Source of the DNA: a virus
Virus record (IMG/VR): IMGVR_UViG_3300050122_000027
Strand: one strand, 5' to 3'
Length of the DNA: 64,000 nucleotides
This document shows positions 1 to 11,078 of this stretch, piece after piece. Each line of letters begins with the position of its first letter. Position 1 is the stretch's first letter. Both the position numbers and the translations under genes were made by a program. The notes beneath the pieces were generated by a model. That model did no database searches. It was given only the letters and a program-made list of their open reading frames with translations, and had not been told where the DNA came from.

Positions 1-30
1 AAAAAGAAGTGTGGAATTAAAACAACACAC

Positions 31-59
31 TTGCTACCGACCCGGAAGTGAAGTATAAC
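31..59 (+). promoter_or_regulatory. sigma70-like promoter
   Basis: TTGCTA-N17-TATAAC with an A-rich upstream tract. Confidence 0.5.
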
Positions 60-69
60 TAAGTTGTGG

Positions 70-118
70 GACGAACGACGCGACGAACGACGACGCGAAG
101 GACGGACGACCGGACGCG
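70..118. repeat. low-complexity GACG/GAC repeat
   Basis: gacgaacgacgcgacgaacgacgacgcgaaggacggacgaccggacgc. Confidence 0.5.
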
Positions 119-421
119 GTAACGATAGCCGCAAATTTTACAATTCGGAGCCCTTAGTTGGGCATGCGGGACGGATGATGTCGGGTCGCGGTGGCGGCCA
201 GAATCATTGTCGGCGGCGAGTCGGAATTTATTCCGGCCGAATGGCTCACACCATTCGCTAAAACGTCTGGCCTACAAACGTCGGGTTGAATGGCATAGCC
301 ATTCGAGTCCTCTTAAGGATACCCAAACTGGCCCATCGGGGTCAGGTGTACACAACTCCGGTACGGTGCTCGGATAGGACGTTACTATCTGCTATATCTG
401 TACTAACTCAAAAGTACACAA

Positions 422-462
422 GTTTCGAGTCTAGCCTAGTCGCTACTCTTGAATGTCGCCGG
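422..462. repeat. 41 bp inverted repeat, left copy
   Basis: 38/41 identical to the reverse complement of 1524-1564; the pair brackets the ParB-like gene. Confidence 0.9.
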
Positions 463-578
463 GAAGCCGGAACGGTTTAATCGCCGTTTCGGCTTATGGT
501 AAGCCGACCGGAATGTCCGGTCGGATACCTGTCCGTCCGATACGCTGGCAAGATGCCAGTTTCAAGGGGAATGCTACA

Positions 579-1517
579 ATGGCCGTTTCACAGAAGCTCA
601 AGAACGTTTCGACCGACCTCATCTTCGCCGACTTCGACCGCAACATGCGGATGGCTTCGAGGTACGATGCCTCGCCGGAGTCCGGGCTGTTCAAGGACAT
701 GGACGCCAACGGATTCCGGGAAGACAAACCCCTCGTCGTGTCCATTCAACCGGATGGACGGGTCAGGGTCATTCAGGGTCACCGCCGGTTCAAGGTCGCC
801 GTCGCCATCCGGGAGAAGAACCCGGACAAGTTGAAGTCCATCCCGTGCATCGTCTTCTCGGGTCTGACCGAGGCCGATGAGCTGAAGATGATGGTCGACC
901 AGTTCCATGTCCAGTCTCTCAACGACTTCGAGACGTACCTCGCCGTGAAGACCCTTCTCTTGACGGGTCTTTCGGAGGAGGCCATCGGCCAGCAGATCGG
1001 CAAGTCGCGGGGCTTCGTCCAGCGGCGGAAGCAGATCGCCCGGCTCCCCCAGCGGGTCGAAGACCTCTACCGTGCGAACGCCGAAGGCGGGAAGGACGCC
1101 CCGACGTTCAAGTTCACGGATAAGGATCTCCAGAAGCTCGACCAGGCCGCGAACGACGACGTGAAGGCTGGACGCGACCCGGTCGCCGAAGGCTCTCTCT
1201 TCGCCGAACGCTGGAACGAGTTGGTCACGACCGGACAGGCCGCACCGAGCGACCCGAAGGCCAAGACCCGGAAGGAATGCCTCGACATGGACCTCATCCT
1301 GAAGGACGCCATCATCGGCTCGGTGCTCCATTGGGCCGCTGGTGATCCCGTCGCCCTCGGGGATGTCAAGGACCAGATCGCCGTCCTTCGCCTGAAGGCC
1401 GACCAGTTCAACGACACCGCCAACGAATTGCGGGTCGCCGAGGCCCTCATCGCCCAATTGCGGGGCGAGATCGAAGTCTTGACGGCTCCGCCGACCGGCG
1501 AGGCCGCGACCGCCTGA
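579..1517 (+). CDS. ParB/Srx-like N-terminal domain protein
   Basis: GFREDKPLVVS...VRVIQGHRRF motif followed by an HTH-like region; AAGGGGA RBS before ATG 579; high GC. Confidence 0.75.
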   Translation: MAVSQKLKNVSTDLIFADFDRNMRMASRYDASPESGLFKDMDANGFREDKPLVVSIQPDGRVRVIQGHRRFKVAVAIREKNPDKLKSIPCIVFSGLTEADELKMMVDQFHVQSLNDFETYLAVKTLLLTGLSEEAIGQQIGKSRGFVQRRKQIARLPQRVEDLYRANAEGGKDAPTFKFTDKDLQKLDQAANDDVKAGRDPVAEGSLFAERWNELVTTGQAAPSDPKAKTRKECLDMDLILKDAIIGSVLHWAAGDPVALGDVKDQIAVLRLKADQFNDTANELRVAEALIAQLRGEIEVLTAPPTGEAATA

Positions 1518-1523
1518 TAACGA

Positions 1524-1564
1524 CCGGCGACATTTGAGAGTACCGACTAGGCTAGACTCGAAAC
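1524..1564. repeat. 41 bp inverted repeat, right copy
   Basis: Reverse complement of 422-462 with 3 mismatches. Confidence 0.9.
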
Positions 1565-1683
1565 GGGTGGGATAGCGGTGAGCCAAATGGCTTTCGCAAT
1601 CTTTTTTCTAATCTTAGAAAACGGATTGCTGAAAGCCATTCGGCCCGCCTCTATCCCATCCCTGCTTAGGAGACCGAAAGACA

Positions 1684-2160
1684 ATGACTCAGTTGATGAT
1701 GGACGCGAGCAAGTGCGATATTTGCGGCAACGCAATTACCGATACTTGCATCGACGGTCGAACCAAGACCGGCCAGTGGGGTTTGCTTTGTCCGGGTTGC
1801 CATCGCCGAAATGGTGTGGGTCTCGGAATCGGCAAAGGACAACTTTACACCAAGCGGGCGGACGGAACCTTCTGGAAAGATGGAACCGGCCCGCCCATTG
1901 CTGACAAGCCGAAGCCCAAATGGATCGTCAAGATCCAGAAGCCGATCGAAGAGGAGAAGATCGCTCCGCCGGTCAAGCCGACCAGCGTGGTCGATCGAAC
2001 CGGGCTGATCGATCTTCGCAAGCTTCATGGCCAGTGCGATCCGATCCTGGATCGCGACCGACTGAAAAAGGAATTGGGACTGACAGACGCGGAAATCGAC
2101 CAGATCAAGCCGAAGCCGTTCGTTCCCGATGATCAGGATGACGATCCTTGGTTCAATTAA
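1684..2160 (+). CDS. phage hypothetical protein with Cys-pair (Zn-binding) N-terminus
   Basis: CDICG...DGRTKTGQWGLLCPGC...GVGLGIGKGQLY. Confidence 0.6.
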   Translation: MTQLMMDASKCDICGNAITDTCIDGRTKTGQWGLLCPGCHRRNGVGLGIGKGQLYTKRADGTFWKDGTGPPIADKPKPKWIVKIQKPIEEEKIAPPVKPTSVVDRTGLIDLRKLHGQCDPILDRDRLKKELGLTDAEIDQIKPKPFVPDDQDDDPWFN

Positions 2161-2259
2161 GACTTATTGATTGGGCAAGCGTCTAACAAGACCGGATGCG
2201 GCCGACCGATATCGGCCGCTGGCTCACTGCTATCTCTACCTATTGATTGCGAGAATCAA

Positions 2260-2457
2260 ATGTCCGACTATGCAAAGTTGCTGGCGTCTTCTATTGCCAG
2301 CATGCCTCTCGATCCGATTCTGATCAAAGTCGAGTCCGATGGCAAGTATCGGGTTCTCCGAGGCCATCGGAGGTTCGCCGCGATCGGAGCCTTTTGCCAG
2401 CATCCGACGCTGTTGCAGAGGCTTCGTCGGATCGTCGAGCGGTTCCTCGGTCGATGA
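2260..2457 (+). CDS. short or truncated ParB-like protein
   Basis: PILIKVESDGKYRVLRGHRRFAAI resembles the ParB GxxR region of 579..1517; only 65 aa. Confidence 0.5.
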   Translation: MSDYAKLLASSIASMPLDPILIKVESDGKYRVLRGHRRFAAIGAFCQHPTLLQRLRRIVERFLGR

Positions 2458-2913
2458 CCATCGGTCGAAAGTCTACCAACTCGGTTAACTCTATTGATCG
2501 GAGCAATCATGCCTCTGGTGCTTGAATGGGTTCTTGACGTGATCGATAACGATACGTCAATTCCAAGCGGTCTTCGGATCGCCTTGCGGCAACGGATTCT
2601 TGATCGCGTCAATCGGGAATTGGAAGAGATTCCCATGATGGAAGATCCGAATCCGGAAGGCTTTCCGGAAGGTGCCTTCGCCTCGGAAGGCCATTGATCG
2701 TAACGTGTTGGGACCGTCCGTAAACGGTCCCTGGCTCACCGCTATCTAAGCAAACAGGGAGCAATCAATGAAGGGTCTTGGAACGATCGCGTTAGCGTCT
2801 TTGCTCTTATTGATTGTTGCAATCCTCGATCAGATTAAGGATCTTGAAATCGCATTCTACTTTGATGCGGCAACGAGGCTCGGATTCTGTATCGGGATCG
2901 TGGCAATCATTGT

Positions 2914-3402
2914 TTGGCTTCTGCGGAGGAGCTAGTGGAGCTTTTCACAAGCAACGGTCCTGTAGCGTTGGTTGATGAAATCGACTTCTCCCACTGCCTC
3001 GCGTACATTCCTTGGAGCCTGAACGGTGAAGGGTATGTACACGCTTGGATTCCCAAAGGCAAAGGGAAGAAGCTCTATCTTCATCATTTCATTGCAGCCC
3101 GCATGCAATTGATTGTTCCAATCGGTTGTATCATTGATCATGAGGATCGAGATCGATGTAACAATCGAAGGGACAATTTGCGGGCTGTCACGCAAAGCTA
3201 CAATCGATTGAACGGTAAGACGGCTTCAACCAATTCGAGCGGATTCAAACACATTTTCGCTGAAGGCGACCAATGGGTTGTGAGATTCCGTATTCGGAAT
3301 GTTGAAGATCATTATGGACCGTTCGATTTGATTACCGCAATCCAGATTCGGGACGAGCATCTTATCCGGTACGGATTGCCGAAAGCGGACGATACTGTTT
3401 GA
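2914..3402 (+). CDS. HNH homing endonuclease (HNH_3 + AP2-like)
   Basis: IDHEDRDRCNNRRDNLR; SGFKHI C-terminal motif. Confidence 0.8.
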   Translation: MASAEELVELFTSNGPVALVDEIDFSHCLAYIPWSLNGEGYVHAWIPKGKGKKLYLHHFIAARMQLIVPIGCIIDHEDRDRCNNRRDNLRAVTQSYNRLNGKTASTNSSGFKHIFAEGDQWVVRFRIRNVEDHYGPFDLITAIQIRDEHLIRYGLPKADDTV

Positions 3403-3444
3403 ATCAGGCCACCCCTGCGAGGAATGGATGCCTCGTTACCTTCT

Positions 3445-3496
3445 GACCGCCTCATGATGATCCTATTCAGGATCATTATGGGGCGGTCTTTTTTTT
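3445..3496 (+). terminator. intrinsic terminator
   Basis: 20 bp stem (2 G-U) with ATTC loop, followed by a T-run; ends the plus-strand block. Confidence 0.8.
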
Positions 3497-3699
3497 GGTT
3501 TTTGATTAAAGGACTTTGATTGCCCAATCTGATTACATAATCAAATTATATTTTGATTACACGAGCAAAATAAACTTCATTTGAATTTTTAAAAAGAGGG
3601 TCAGTTGATTGGATTGCGGACCTTCCGATCAGTAGAATCAAACTAATGGATTTCCCAATCAATATGTCGAGAAGCGGATGAAGCGGTCGGCGACACCAT

Positions 3700-4122
3700 C
3701 TAGTCGGGTGACACCTCACCGTAATGTTCAAGCTCAAGTTGCTTACGAGCATCAATTGCTTGAGCAATCGTTTTGAATGTTCCAACATATTCACCACGAA
3801 AATCAAGAGCATAGTTACCTGCTGGTGTTTCATGCACACCTTTACAGCCAAGAGAATTGGTTGTAAGATTGTTGTGGCCTCTAGTAACAATACGAAGATT
3901 ATATCGTTGATTGTTAAGTTTGTTTCGATCTTCGTGATCAATCTCATGTCCGCTTGGGACAATCAGTCCCATTCGTTGAATAACAAATTGATGAAGCATG
4001 ATAGCTTTTTTGTTGTGCCAACAATAAGTCGTATGTGGGTGCCATGTTCGTGCAAGTGCATACGGTTGATCTTCAGAATCCAATTGTGAAAACAAACCAT
4101 TGCTAAGCATAACTAATAACAT
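3700..4122 (-). CDS. HNH homing endonuclease
   Basis: IDHEDRNKLNNQRYNLR; N-terminus parallels 7178..7666. Confidence 0.8.
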   Translation of the reverse strand: MLLVMLSNGLFSQLDSEDQPYALARTWHPHTTYCWHNKKAIMLHQFVIQRMGLIVPSGHEIDHEDRNKLNNQRYNLRIVTRGHNNLTTNSLGCKGVHETPAGNYALDFRGEYVGTFKTIAQAIDARKQLELEHYGEVSPD

Positions 4123-4190
4123 AGTCAATATCCGCTTTTCCACGATCCGATTGGGCAATCATAAGCGAGAATTGATTGTAGGCCGACCCC

Positions 4191-4326
4191 AATCATGTAT
4201 AGCATCGTTGATATGTGTTGTGGCGTATAGACTTACGGAAATGTTCTGATTACTTATTTAAAGTCATCCATAAGGCAGTATAAAAGGCAAAAAATAGGGG
4301 TAAGATATATATAGCAATTGAGACGC
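4191..4326. repeat. block-conserved inverted repeat, left copy (partner at 63499-63632)
   Basis: Shared blocks aatcatgta / ttgatatgtgttgtgg / tatagacttacg / tctgattactt.tttaaagtcatccataagg / agcaattga.acgc, ungapped over the first ~97 bp. Confidence 0.9.
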
Positions 4327-6527
4327 CCTCGGTCAGTGAATTAGCGTAAGTGTATATAGGGTATGTCTTTAGGTCAAAATGGCAAAATGCAGGGGTCAAG
4401 TCGAGGGGTCTGCCGCTGGCGACTAGTAGCTCTGGAGCCCTCACAGTGAATACATACACGCCAGATTGGCCATAGGGGCATTTTCAGCCCCTAGGGGTAG
4501 CCACATTGCCGGTTTTCTCACAACCTCCCTACGAGACGTATAGGCCATTCTAGGGCATGATGTACACTTGTATAGATGTTAAACAATTGTTTCACAAGGT
4601 ACTTTGTGTCGTTACCACAAAACATCGAAAACATGCTTTTCCAGAATCATAGTACCGATTGTAGTAATCACACATCACGATCAAAGATGTTAGATCGCCT
4701 TCCATTTTTCCTTGCATCAATTGATCGTTTTCTGCTTTCCATAATCCGTTTCTTCACCATTGTGTGCTCATGAAAAGCAATTCCCAAGGCCACTAGAAAC
4801 GCCGCTGCTCCGAACAATGACATACTTAGCAACATTCTATTTAACATTGATCCGATCCCTCACATATTCTAGGAACAATGGAAGCTCATCTTCTTTGATT
4901 ACGGCAATCAATGTGGTCGAACTATCTGTCTGGGGTTTGTGATAGATTTCCCAAAACTGTAACAGAGCATCCTCGAAATCCGTAGCCTCGATATGGTAAT
5001 AAGCCAACACTCTCTTGGATTGTGTAAGATGTCCTTCAAGCTCAATGGTAGTATCTTCGACTTTGCAAAGCAATGTAAGATTCATTTTGTTTTCAACTAA
5101 GCTCATCTATCGCTCCTTGCAGCTGCCTTGTACGAATCATACTCCTTGGGCGGCTTTTGTCCGATCTTCTCAGCGAACTTCTGTGGATTGATGATTCGCA
5201 TCTTAGTCGCTCCCCATCGTTGCCTTGGCGGTTCGGATCTCCATACGCCCGGGATTGAAATACATCTTGCGTTGACTGTTGCCTGAGATGTAGGTCAACT
5301 GATTGACCAATCCGCGATCAATGGCCCTTTGAATGTAATAAGTGAAATCATCACCATGCAATGCTTCGTCGAAGATGCTTTCCATCTGATAATCTTCAAC
5401 GAAGTTGCTGAAATGCAAGTTGTGATCTAGGATGCGATCAAGTGTCTCGCATCTACAGAAATCGAAACCGCAATTCAGGCATTTGCCATCTTCTCGGCGC
5501 TCGCTATCGTAGACTTCGGACATGATTGTAAAAATCCCTGTATTGACGATATACGTCAGCGAATAATAGTAGTCCCCAACAACTATAGGCTAACGCTAGT
5601 CGCCTCATTTATCCGTGATCCTAACTTGATCATCAATCAACTGAAGCATATCATTCAATGCCTGGATATAACATGCTCTTCCCATCAATTGCATGTACAA
5701 CAGGCGTATCGATATGTGGCAAGCGTCAATCATGTTCAACGTTGCACGATCGACTTGGATCATTTTTCGTTTTCTCATTCCGCACTTTCAATACGTTTGC
5801 GAATAGTACGGGCATCCATGCCCTTGACAATCATTTGGTCGCGAACTCCGGCTCTGCCCTCACAGCATCGAGCGACTTCACGAAGCTGAAGAGCATGTAA
5901 TCCAGCCGTTGTTCCGGCTCGATGGTCCATAGTGCGAGCATGACCTTGATCTCTGCTTGGGCAAGCTCTCGCGTAGGAAAGTGCCACATGAAATACAGCT
6001 TGCGATCATTGGATCGCGGCATCAGAATATGCTGCCTGCCACAATGCTCGAATACGATCATGTAATCTCCTGAATAAGATCCTGGACGGGAACGAGAAAA
6101 TTCATTTGAGGATGTTGATGGTCCCACTGGATCTTCGCAATCGTCATTGCACTATCTGGATACCGATGAAAGGCAACAACGGTTCCTCTTGCCGCTGTTG
6201 TGCCAAGAGCCTTCCTGGCTCGGGATTCATCCTTAAACTGAACGCGATCATGGATCTTGAAACAATACATATGTCATTCCTTGAATAGCATGCTCATGTA
6301 ATCCGTTACGCAGCCTTGGCGACTTCATCTCCCTTGAGCCAGTTGTTGCTCTTGAGATCAATGTCTTCCATCTTCGGATCATGTTGCCACGACTTGCGAA
6401 GCTTGATGGCGCAATCAATGGCGTTCTGATTGTTTTGGTATTTGTAACGCCACGTCTGGTTGCTGGAGATGTAATAGAAACCGTTGCTGTAGACGATGTT
6501 CATAATAGTGAACCCTTTGGGGAAAAA

Positions 6528-6538
6528 GCCATCCTGGC
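6528..6538 (-). promoter_or_regulatory. CsrA-type GGA hairpin
   Basis: GCCA-GGA-TGGC in an intergenic leader. Confidence 0.5.
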
Positions 6539-7053
6539 AATATATCTTAGTCAAGTTTGCCGCTCGTCTTCTTCAGATCCTCACCGATCTTGAAATCATC
6601 CCGCCACACGGTCGGGCGGAAGTTCTTCAAGCCTTTGTCCGTCTTGACCACCAACCAGTCTTTCTGGATGATGTAGATTCGGACACAATCCTTTGGGCGA
6701 GTTGTGCTCTTGATTTCGTAAATCTGTGAGCCCAACCCATAGCCCGGTGTTGTGTACCTGACATTTGACTCTATCTTGGAATGATAGACCGGCGTCTGAC
6801 AGACCATGCTCGCCGCAATCAACACCGCAAACATCTGCAATCCAATCAACTCCGATGCTCATTTTCATCGGAGGGGTTGAAATGGTCCGATGGCTCGATA
6901 TATAGGACGTTTCCCCGAACGATACGGGACAACCGCCAAGTGTCTCATGAGGGCTCGTCCTAGAGGCTAGGCGAGACGCTAGAGACACGTTGTAAGTGTC
7001 GCGGACAGTTTGTAGGGGAAACACAGTCAATTTACAGTGTCCTAAAACAGACG

Positions 7054-7082
7054 AGTCTATCGGCGAAAACCCATTGTAGCAA
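7054..7082 (-). promoter_or_regulatory. sigma70-like promoter
   Basis: TTGCTA-N17-TAGACT. Confidence 0.55.
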
Positions 7083-7177
7083 AATGTCCGATACCCTGGA
7101 AGCCAGCATTTACAAAATACCACACTAACACTATCGGCTAATGATTGGCTTATGGTCATCTTACGTTGATTTTGCAA

Positions 7178-7666
7178 TCAGTCTTCATTCATCCAATGAG
7201 GAGAAAACTTACCAAAGTATTCCAGTTCCGCCGTAATTCGTGCCGCTTTTGCTTCCTCAAATGTATCATAATATCCAAGTCTCTTCTTACCAAAACCTTT
7301 CAAATCAATATATGCAAGAAATCTTCCATCTTCAAGGGGACAAACACCAATCTTACCTGATGTATTATTTGATGACGTCTTACGGTTCATGGCATTTTGT
7401 GAGACTGTGGCAATACGCAAATTCTCTTTTTGATTATTCAATCCATCTCGGTCCTTATGATCAAGTTGGTAACCTTCTGGAACCAATAGTCCTGTTCTAT
7501 TAGCAACGAAATAGTGCAGATAAAGCGTCTTGCCATGAATATGTGTACTCGCATACTCAGTTCCACTTCTAGTCTTCAAATAATTCCAACTGATTGCCAA
7601 AGCGTAAGGCTGAACTTCATCATCCAGCTTGGCGAATAGTCCATTGGTAAGCATGACGTACTTCAT
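7178..7666 (-). CDS. HNH-AP2 homing endonuclease
   Basis: LDHKDRDGLNNQKENLR; SGKIGV...AP2-like LGYYDTFEEAKAAR. Confidence 0.85.
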   Translation of the reverse strand: MKYVMLTNGLFAKLDDEVQPYALAISWNYLKTRSGTEYASTHIHGKTLYLHYFVANRTGLLVPEGYQLDHKDRDGLNNQKENLRIATVSQNAMNRKTSSNNTSGKIGVCPLEDGRFLAYIDLKGFGKKRLGYYDTFEEAKAARITAELEYFGKFSPHWMNED

Positions 7667-7707
7667 AAATATCTCCAAGCCAATCAGATATGTTTGTCTC
7701 AATATCC

Positions 7708-7736
7708 ATTGTACCATAATATTCGGCACAATTCAA
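7708..7736 (-). promoter_or_regulatory. sigma70 promoter, extended -10
   Basis: TTGAAT-N17-TACAAT with a TG extension. Confidence 0.7.
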
Positions 7737-7796
7737 GATGTTGCAAATATACTACATCAACATTAAATGATTGGCTTACTTGTTGATTACATAATC

Positions 7797-7824
7797 GAAA
7801 ATGGGGAATCCTTTCGGACTCCCC
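7797..7824 (-). terminator. intrinsic terminator after csrA
   Basis: GGGGAGTCC-GAAA-GGATTCCCC-ATTTT. Confidence 0.65.
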
Positions 7825-7832
7825 ACTCGGGC

Positions 7833-8003
7833 TTACTTTGTTGCCTCATTGATAGCGATTTGGACTTCTTCCCGATGAACCGAAACGTTCTTCGGAGCGT
7901 CGATTCCGATACGAATCCTGTCGCCTCGGATCTCAACAATCGTGATCTTGATACCTCCCGCGATGATGATGGACTCGTCTTTCTTCCGTGACAGCACGAG
8001 CAT
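7833..8003 (-). CDS. csrA: carbon storage regulator CsrA/RsmA
   Basis: MLVLSRKKDESIIIAGGIKITIVEIRGDRIRIGIDAPKNVSVHREEV is canonical CsrA; GGAGAGG RBS. Confidence 0.95.
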   Translation of the reverse strand: MLVLSRKKDESIIIAGGIKITIVEIRGDRIRIGIDAPKNVSVHREEVQIAINEATK

Positions 8004-8019
8004 ATTTGCCTCTCCTAGA

Positions 8020-8538
8020 TTATCCCGATTGCCCAAACCCTTTTCCACCGCGAGCAGTGGCTTCGAAATCTTGACATTCCTCGAGGAGTGGTAGCTCAAC
8101 TCGTTGAATGACAAGTTGTGTAAGTTTCATCCCTTTGGTGATTCGTCGTGCTTGTAAGTGCTGGTGGGGTGCTCCTGAAATCAATGCTAACAAAATAGCA
8201 TTGACATCTACGAATGAGACAACGATCTTGACCTCGTCAGTGTAGCCGTTATCGATGACGCCACCGAGCACTGTGAGACCACTTGCAGCGATTCCACTTT
8301 TGTCCCAAACGAATGCTCCAAGAGTCCAATCAACATTGTATCCACTGTTCCATTGATCATTGAGATCAAGTGTAGGCTGAACACAGATTCCCGTGCGAAT
8401 CGTTTTGACTTCACCTGGGTATATTTCGATCTCTTCAGCCGAGAAGAAATCGATACCTGAATCTGTAGGATGTCTACGATTCGGCATGATGGCATCAGGA
8501 CAATCCGTTGCTCTGTGCCATAGGAGGGTCGTTGCCAT
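8020..8538 (-). CDS. dut: trimeric dUTPase
   Basis: DSGIDF, DKSGIA, GGVIDNGYTDEVKI, TQLVI, RGGKGFGQSG motifs. Confidence 0.9.
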   Translation of the reverse strand: MATTLLWHRATDCPDAIMPNRRHPTDSGIDFFSAEEIEIYPGEVKTIRTGICVQPTLDLNDQWNSGYNVDWTLGAFVWDKSGIAASGLTVLGGVIDNGYTDEVKIVVSFVDVNAILLALISGAPHQHLQARRITKGMKLTQLVIQRVELPLLEECQDFEATARGGKGFGQSG

Positions 8539-8990
8539 TGTCGGTCTCGTAGATTGTGACAAGCGAACTGAGCGTATCAACATACAACTGCTCTAGTGGT
8601 TCAAGATCACCTTTAAGCAATTGTACAACGAGTTTGTTTGCGATTGTTGCTTGAGTCTGATTCTCGATTGGCATAAGCGGACAGGCATCGATGCACTGTG
8701 TCCACGTCATGTTGTTTTGCTCTTTGAAATCAAGGCTCTCTGAACTCTGAAAATAACATATCGACCCGCATAGCACATAGGCTCGCATATGTGTCATTAC
8801 TTGGAACACAATCAATATATGTTCTCACGTAATCCCAAACTTCACTGCGAGTAACAGGCATCATTTCACCATTGCTCTTGGCAACTTGTAACACTTGGAT
8901 CAGGATGTTACGATCAATATGTCTCCTGATCTCGATTGTGAAAAGCCCGTCTTCAAGAACCGGATCTTTTTTGTGTCGTGGCATGTTGTG

Positions 8991-10163
8991 TTAGGGGAGT
9001 TGGAACTTATAATGATCTGCGATCAGTTGAGCAATATCGCTACCCTTCATATTCGAGACTGTATCAACGATTTGATAATCAATATTGGCAGCTTGAATTG
9101 CGGGAGCAATAACATTGTAATTATCTTGTTGTGATTGGCTAGTTTTACCACTGTTGTAGTCTTGTATTTGTTGGTTTGTTTCATACCAACTTTCATCAGC
9201 CGTCCAAAGTCCTGGACCACCACTACCATCTCTAGGTGGTGGTGAAATATCATCGTCATATGTTCCTTGAACATATCCTCCGATGCCTGGAACGTTGAAT
9301 TGTAAGTCTGGCATGTAGATACGAACGCTGTATCCTTTCATGCTTGGAGCAATCGTCGGCAAATTCGCTGTGAAATAACTTGGATAAAGATATGGTGCTG
9401 GTGAATATCCGGCAATAATATGTAGAAAATCCGTTCCATAAAATGTGCTTTGTGGTGGTACAAGCAATCCTGAGAATCCGTAAGTATTATAATAGTCCGA
9501 TCGGAACACCGCTGTATACGCTGGATCTAGTGAATATGGATCTGTTTGACTAAACGGTGAGCAAATATCAACGAATGTAATTCCGGCTCTTGCTGATTCT
9601 ATAATCTGTTTAGCTTCATTGAAGGCATCCAACATGCCTGTGAATTCATCTGTATATGGATTGTCAATCACCCATAGTTGGTCGAATTCTCTTGATCCAT
9701 TATTGTAAAATACACCGTAAGTTGGACCATTTCCGACTTGCGGTGGTATATAATCATAATTATATGAATGTGAATTGAGAATCGATGTTGACGGCGGATC
9801 TTTTGGCCCGAGAACAATACCAAAAGAAGTCCAATCCTCTGTAATAGTTTCAGATGCAGGAAGACTATTTGCTCCAGGATACACGAAACTATATTCTGTA
9901 TATTCTTGATGATATACAATACTATATCCGTACATCACCCAATCGGTTCTTGGATATCCGCTTGGCAAAGCAGTAAGATAAACAACTTGCGGAGCCCGAG
10001 CTGCAAGTGTACCTATTGCTGGCCAACGATTCGGAGCAACATATGGGGTAATACTGGTCGCATAATATGTAGGTTGACCGAGAGTGAGACCTTGTCCTGG
10101 AGCAATATATGAAATCCTATTTCCGTTTAGAAATTTTCTGCGATCATAAATCAAACCGCTCAT
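8991..10163 (-). CDS. hypothetical Tyr/Pro/Thr-rich protein
   Basis: 390 aa ORF coupled to the upstream gene; no family recognised. Confidence 0.6.
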   Translation of the reverse strand: MSGLIYDRRKFLNGNRISYIAPGQGLTLGQPTYYATSITPYVAPNRWPAIGTLAARAPQVVYLTALPSGYPRTDWVMYGYSIVYHQEYTEYSFVYPGANSLPASETITEDWTSFGIVLGPKDPPSTSILNSHSYNYDYIPPQVGNGPTYGVFYNNGSREFDQLWVIDNPYTDEFTGMLDAFNEAKQIIESARAGITFVDICSPFSQTDPYSLDPAYTAVFRSDYYNTYGFSGLLVPPQSTFYGTDFLHIIAGYSPAPYLYPSYFTANLPTIAPSMKGYSVRIYMPDLQFNVPGIGGYVQGTYDDDISPPPRDGSGGPGLWTADESWYETNQQIQDYNSGKTSQSQQDNYNVIAPAIQAANIDYQIVDTVSNMKGSDIAQLIADHYKFQLP

Positions 10164-10624
10164 TGTGTTTTCTCAAATGTTAGTGTAAGAACCAATTCAT
10201 CTTCTTGGAATAGATCCATGTATACATTCAAATACTTTCCATCCGTCTGCAAGATCAATAGTGTAATAGCATTTGTCGTATCGCAACTAATAATACTACC
10301 ACCACGAGCTAATGCTGGTCTTGCAAGATCCGCTGCTAGTGTAGGATTCCTATTGAATTGCAAATGGATCTTGCAATCAGTTTTCTGGCCGTGGTACATT
10401 GATTCTACCTATAATATGATCACTTCCATTCCATGTTTCGATCTTTGTCATCGAACTGTTGTTTCAGTTCGGCATGTCGGGCGTCGCCGTCTTTGGGCTC
10501 AAGGCCACAACCTTTTCGCCAAACTTGATAATCGATTAAGGCTTGGTGTGCCTCTTCACGATTGTTTGCTTCGAGATGTTGCTTGGCGAGAGCAAGAGCT
10601 GTTTCAGGGTCCACGTATTTATCC

Positions 10625-11032
10625 TCAAGTGTTGAGTAATGTAATTTCTTTGACCCACGAGGCACGAAGATCACTTTCTTCAGGAGTAAGAGGATAACTC
10701 CACTTGTGCTCAAGAAATCTAAGCAGAATATCGCATTGCTGTTGTTTGCCAATAAGATGTGGACGAATTGCTTTCAAAAATCCATGAATATCTTTGGCAT
10801 GAACTCGCCAAATGTAATTTCTTTTTCTTCCTGCTATCTTAGTACCTTCTCCAACATTACCGATTCCTGTCACTTTGAGTAAATGCATTAGAATAAGTAA
10901 ATTAGTATTTGAAACCTGTACTACAGGTCGGATACTTAACCCATGCCAATATTTCTTTCGTGATTCTGCAAGTGTAAGTGTACCTTCGCCATCAATCATT
11001 GCCGCTAGATAACCTAAATCAATATCTCGCAT
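10625..11032 (-). CDS. single-motif LAGLIDADG endonuclease
   Basis: LGYLAAMIDGEGTL...VQVSNTN...LIGKQQQ. Confidence 0.85.
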   Translation of the reverse strand: MRDIDLGYLAAMIDGEGTLTLAESRKKYWHGLSIRPVVQVSNTNLLILMHLLKVTGIGNVGEGTKIAGRKRNYIWRVHAKDIHGFLKAIRPHLIGKQQQCDILLRFLEHKWSYPLTPEESDLRASWVKEITLLNT

Positions 11033-11055
11033 ATGATTATTGCAATCTAATATGT

Positions 11056-11071
11056 GGGGCATCCGTGCCCC
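11056..11071 (-). promoter_or_regulatory. CsrA-type GGA hairpin
   Basis: GGGGCA-CGGA-TGCCCC upstream of the LAGLIDADG gene. Confidence 0.55.
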
Positions 11072-11078
11072 GGCTCGT

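Noticed and set aside
422-1564. IS element or sigma70 promoter duplication
   Set aside because: There is no transposase or target-site duplication, and -35/-10 spacing in the repeat (13-15 bp) does not fit sigma70; kept only as an unexplained inverted repeat.
588-1586. Long antisense ORFs (also 23157..24005, 35850..37091, 42885..43580, 61175..62230, 62261..62797)
   Set aside because: They are shadows of GC-rich real genes on the opposite strand, with no recognisable motifs or RBS.
4370-4400. Fourth CTTCAAA-class promoter
   Set aside because: TTTTGCC is present, but the -35/-10 spacing and the -10 hexamer do not fit.
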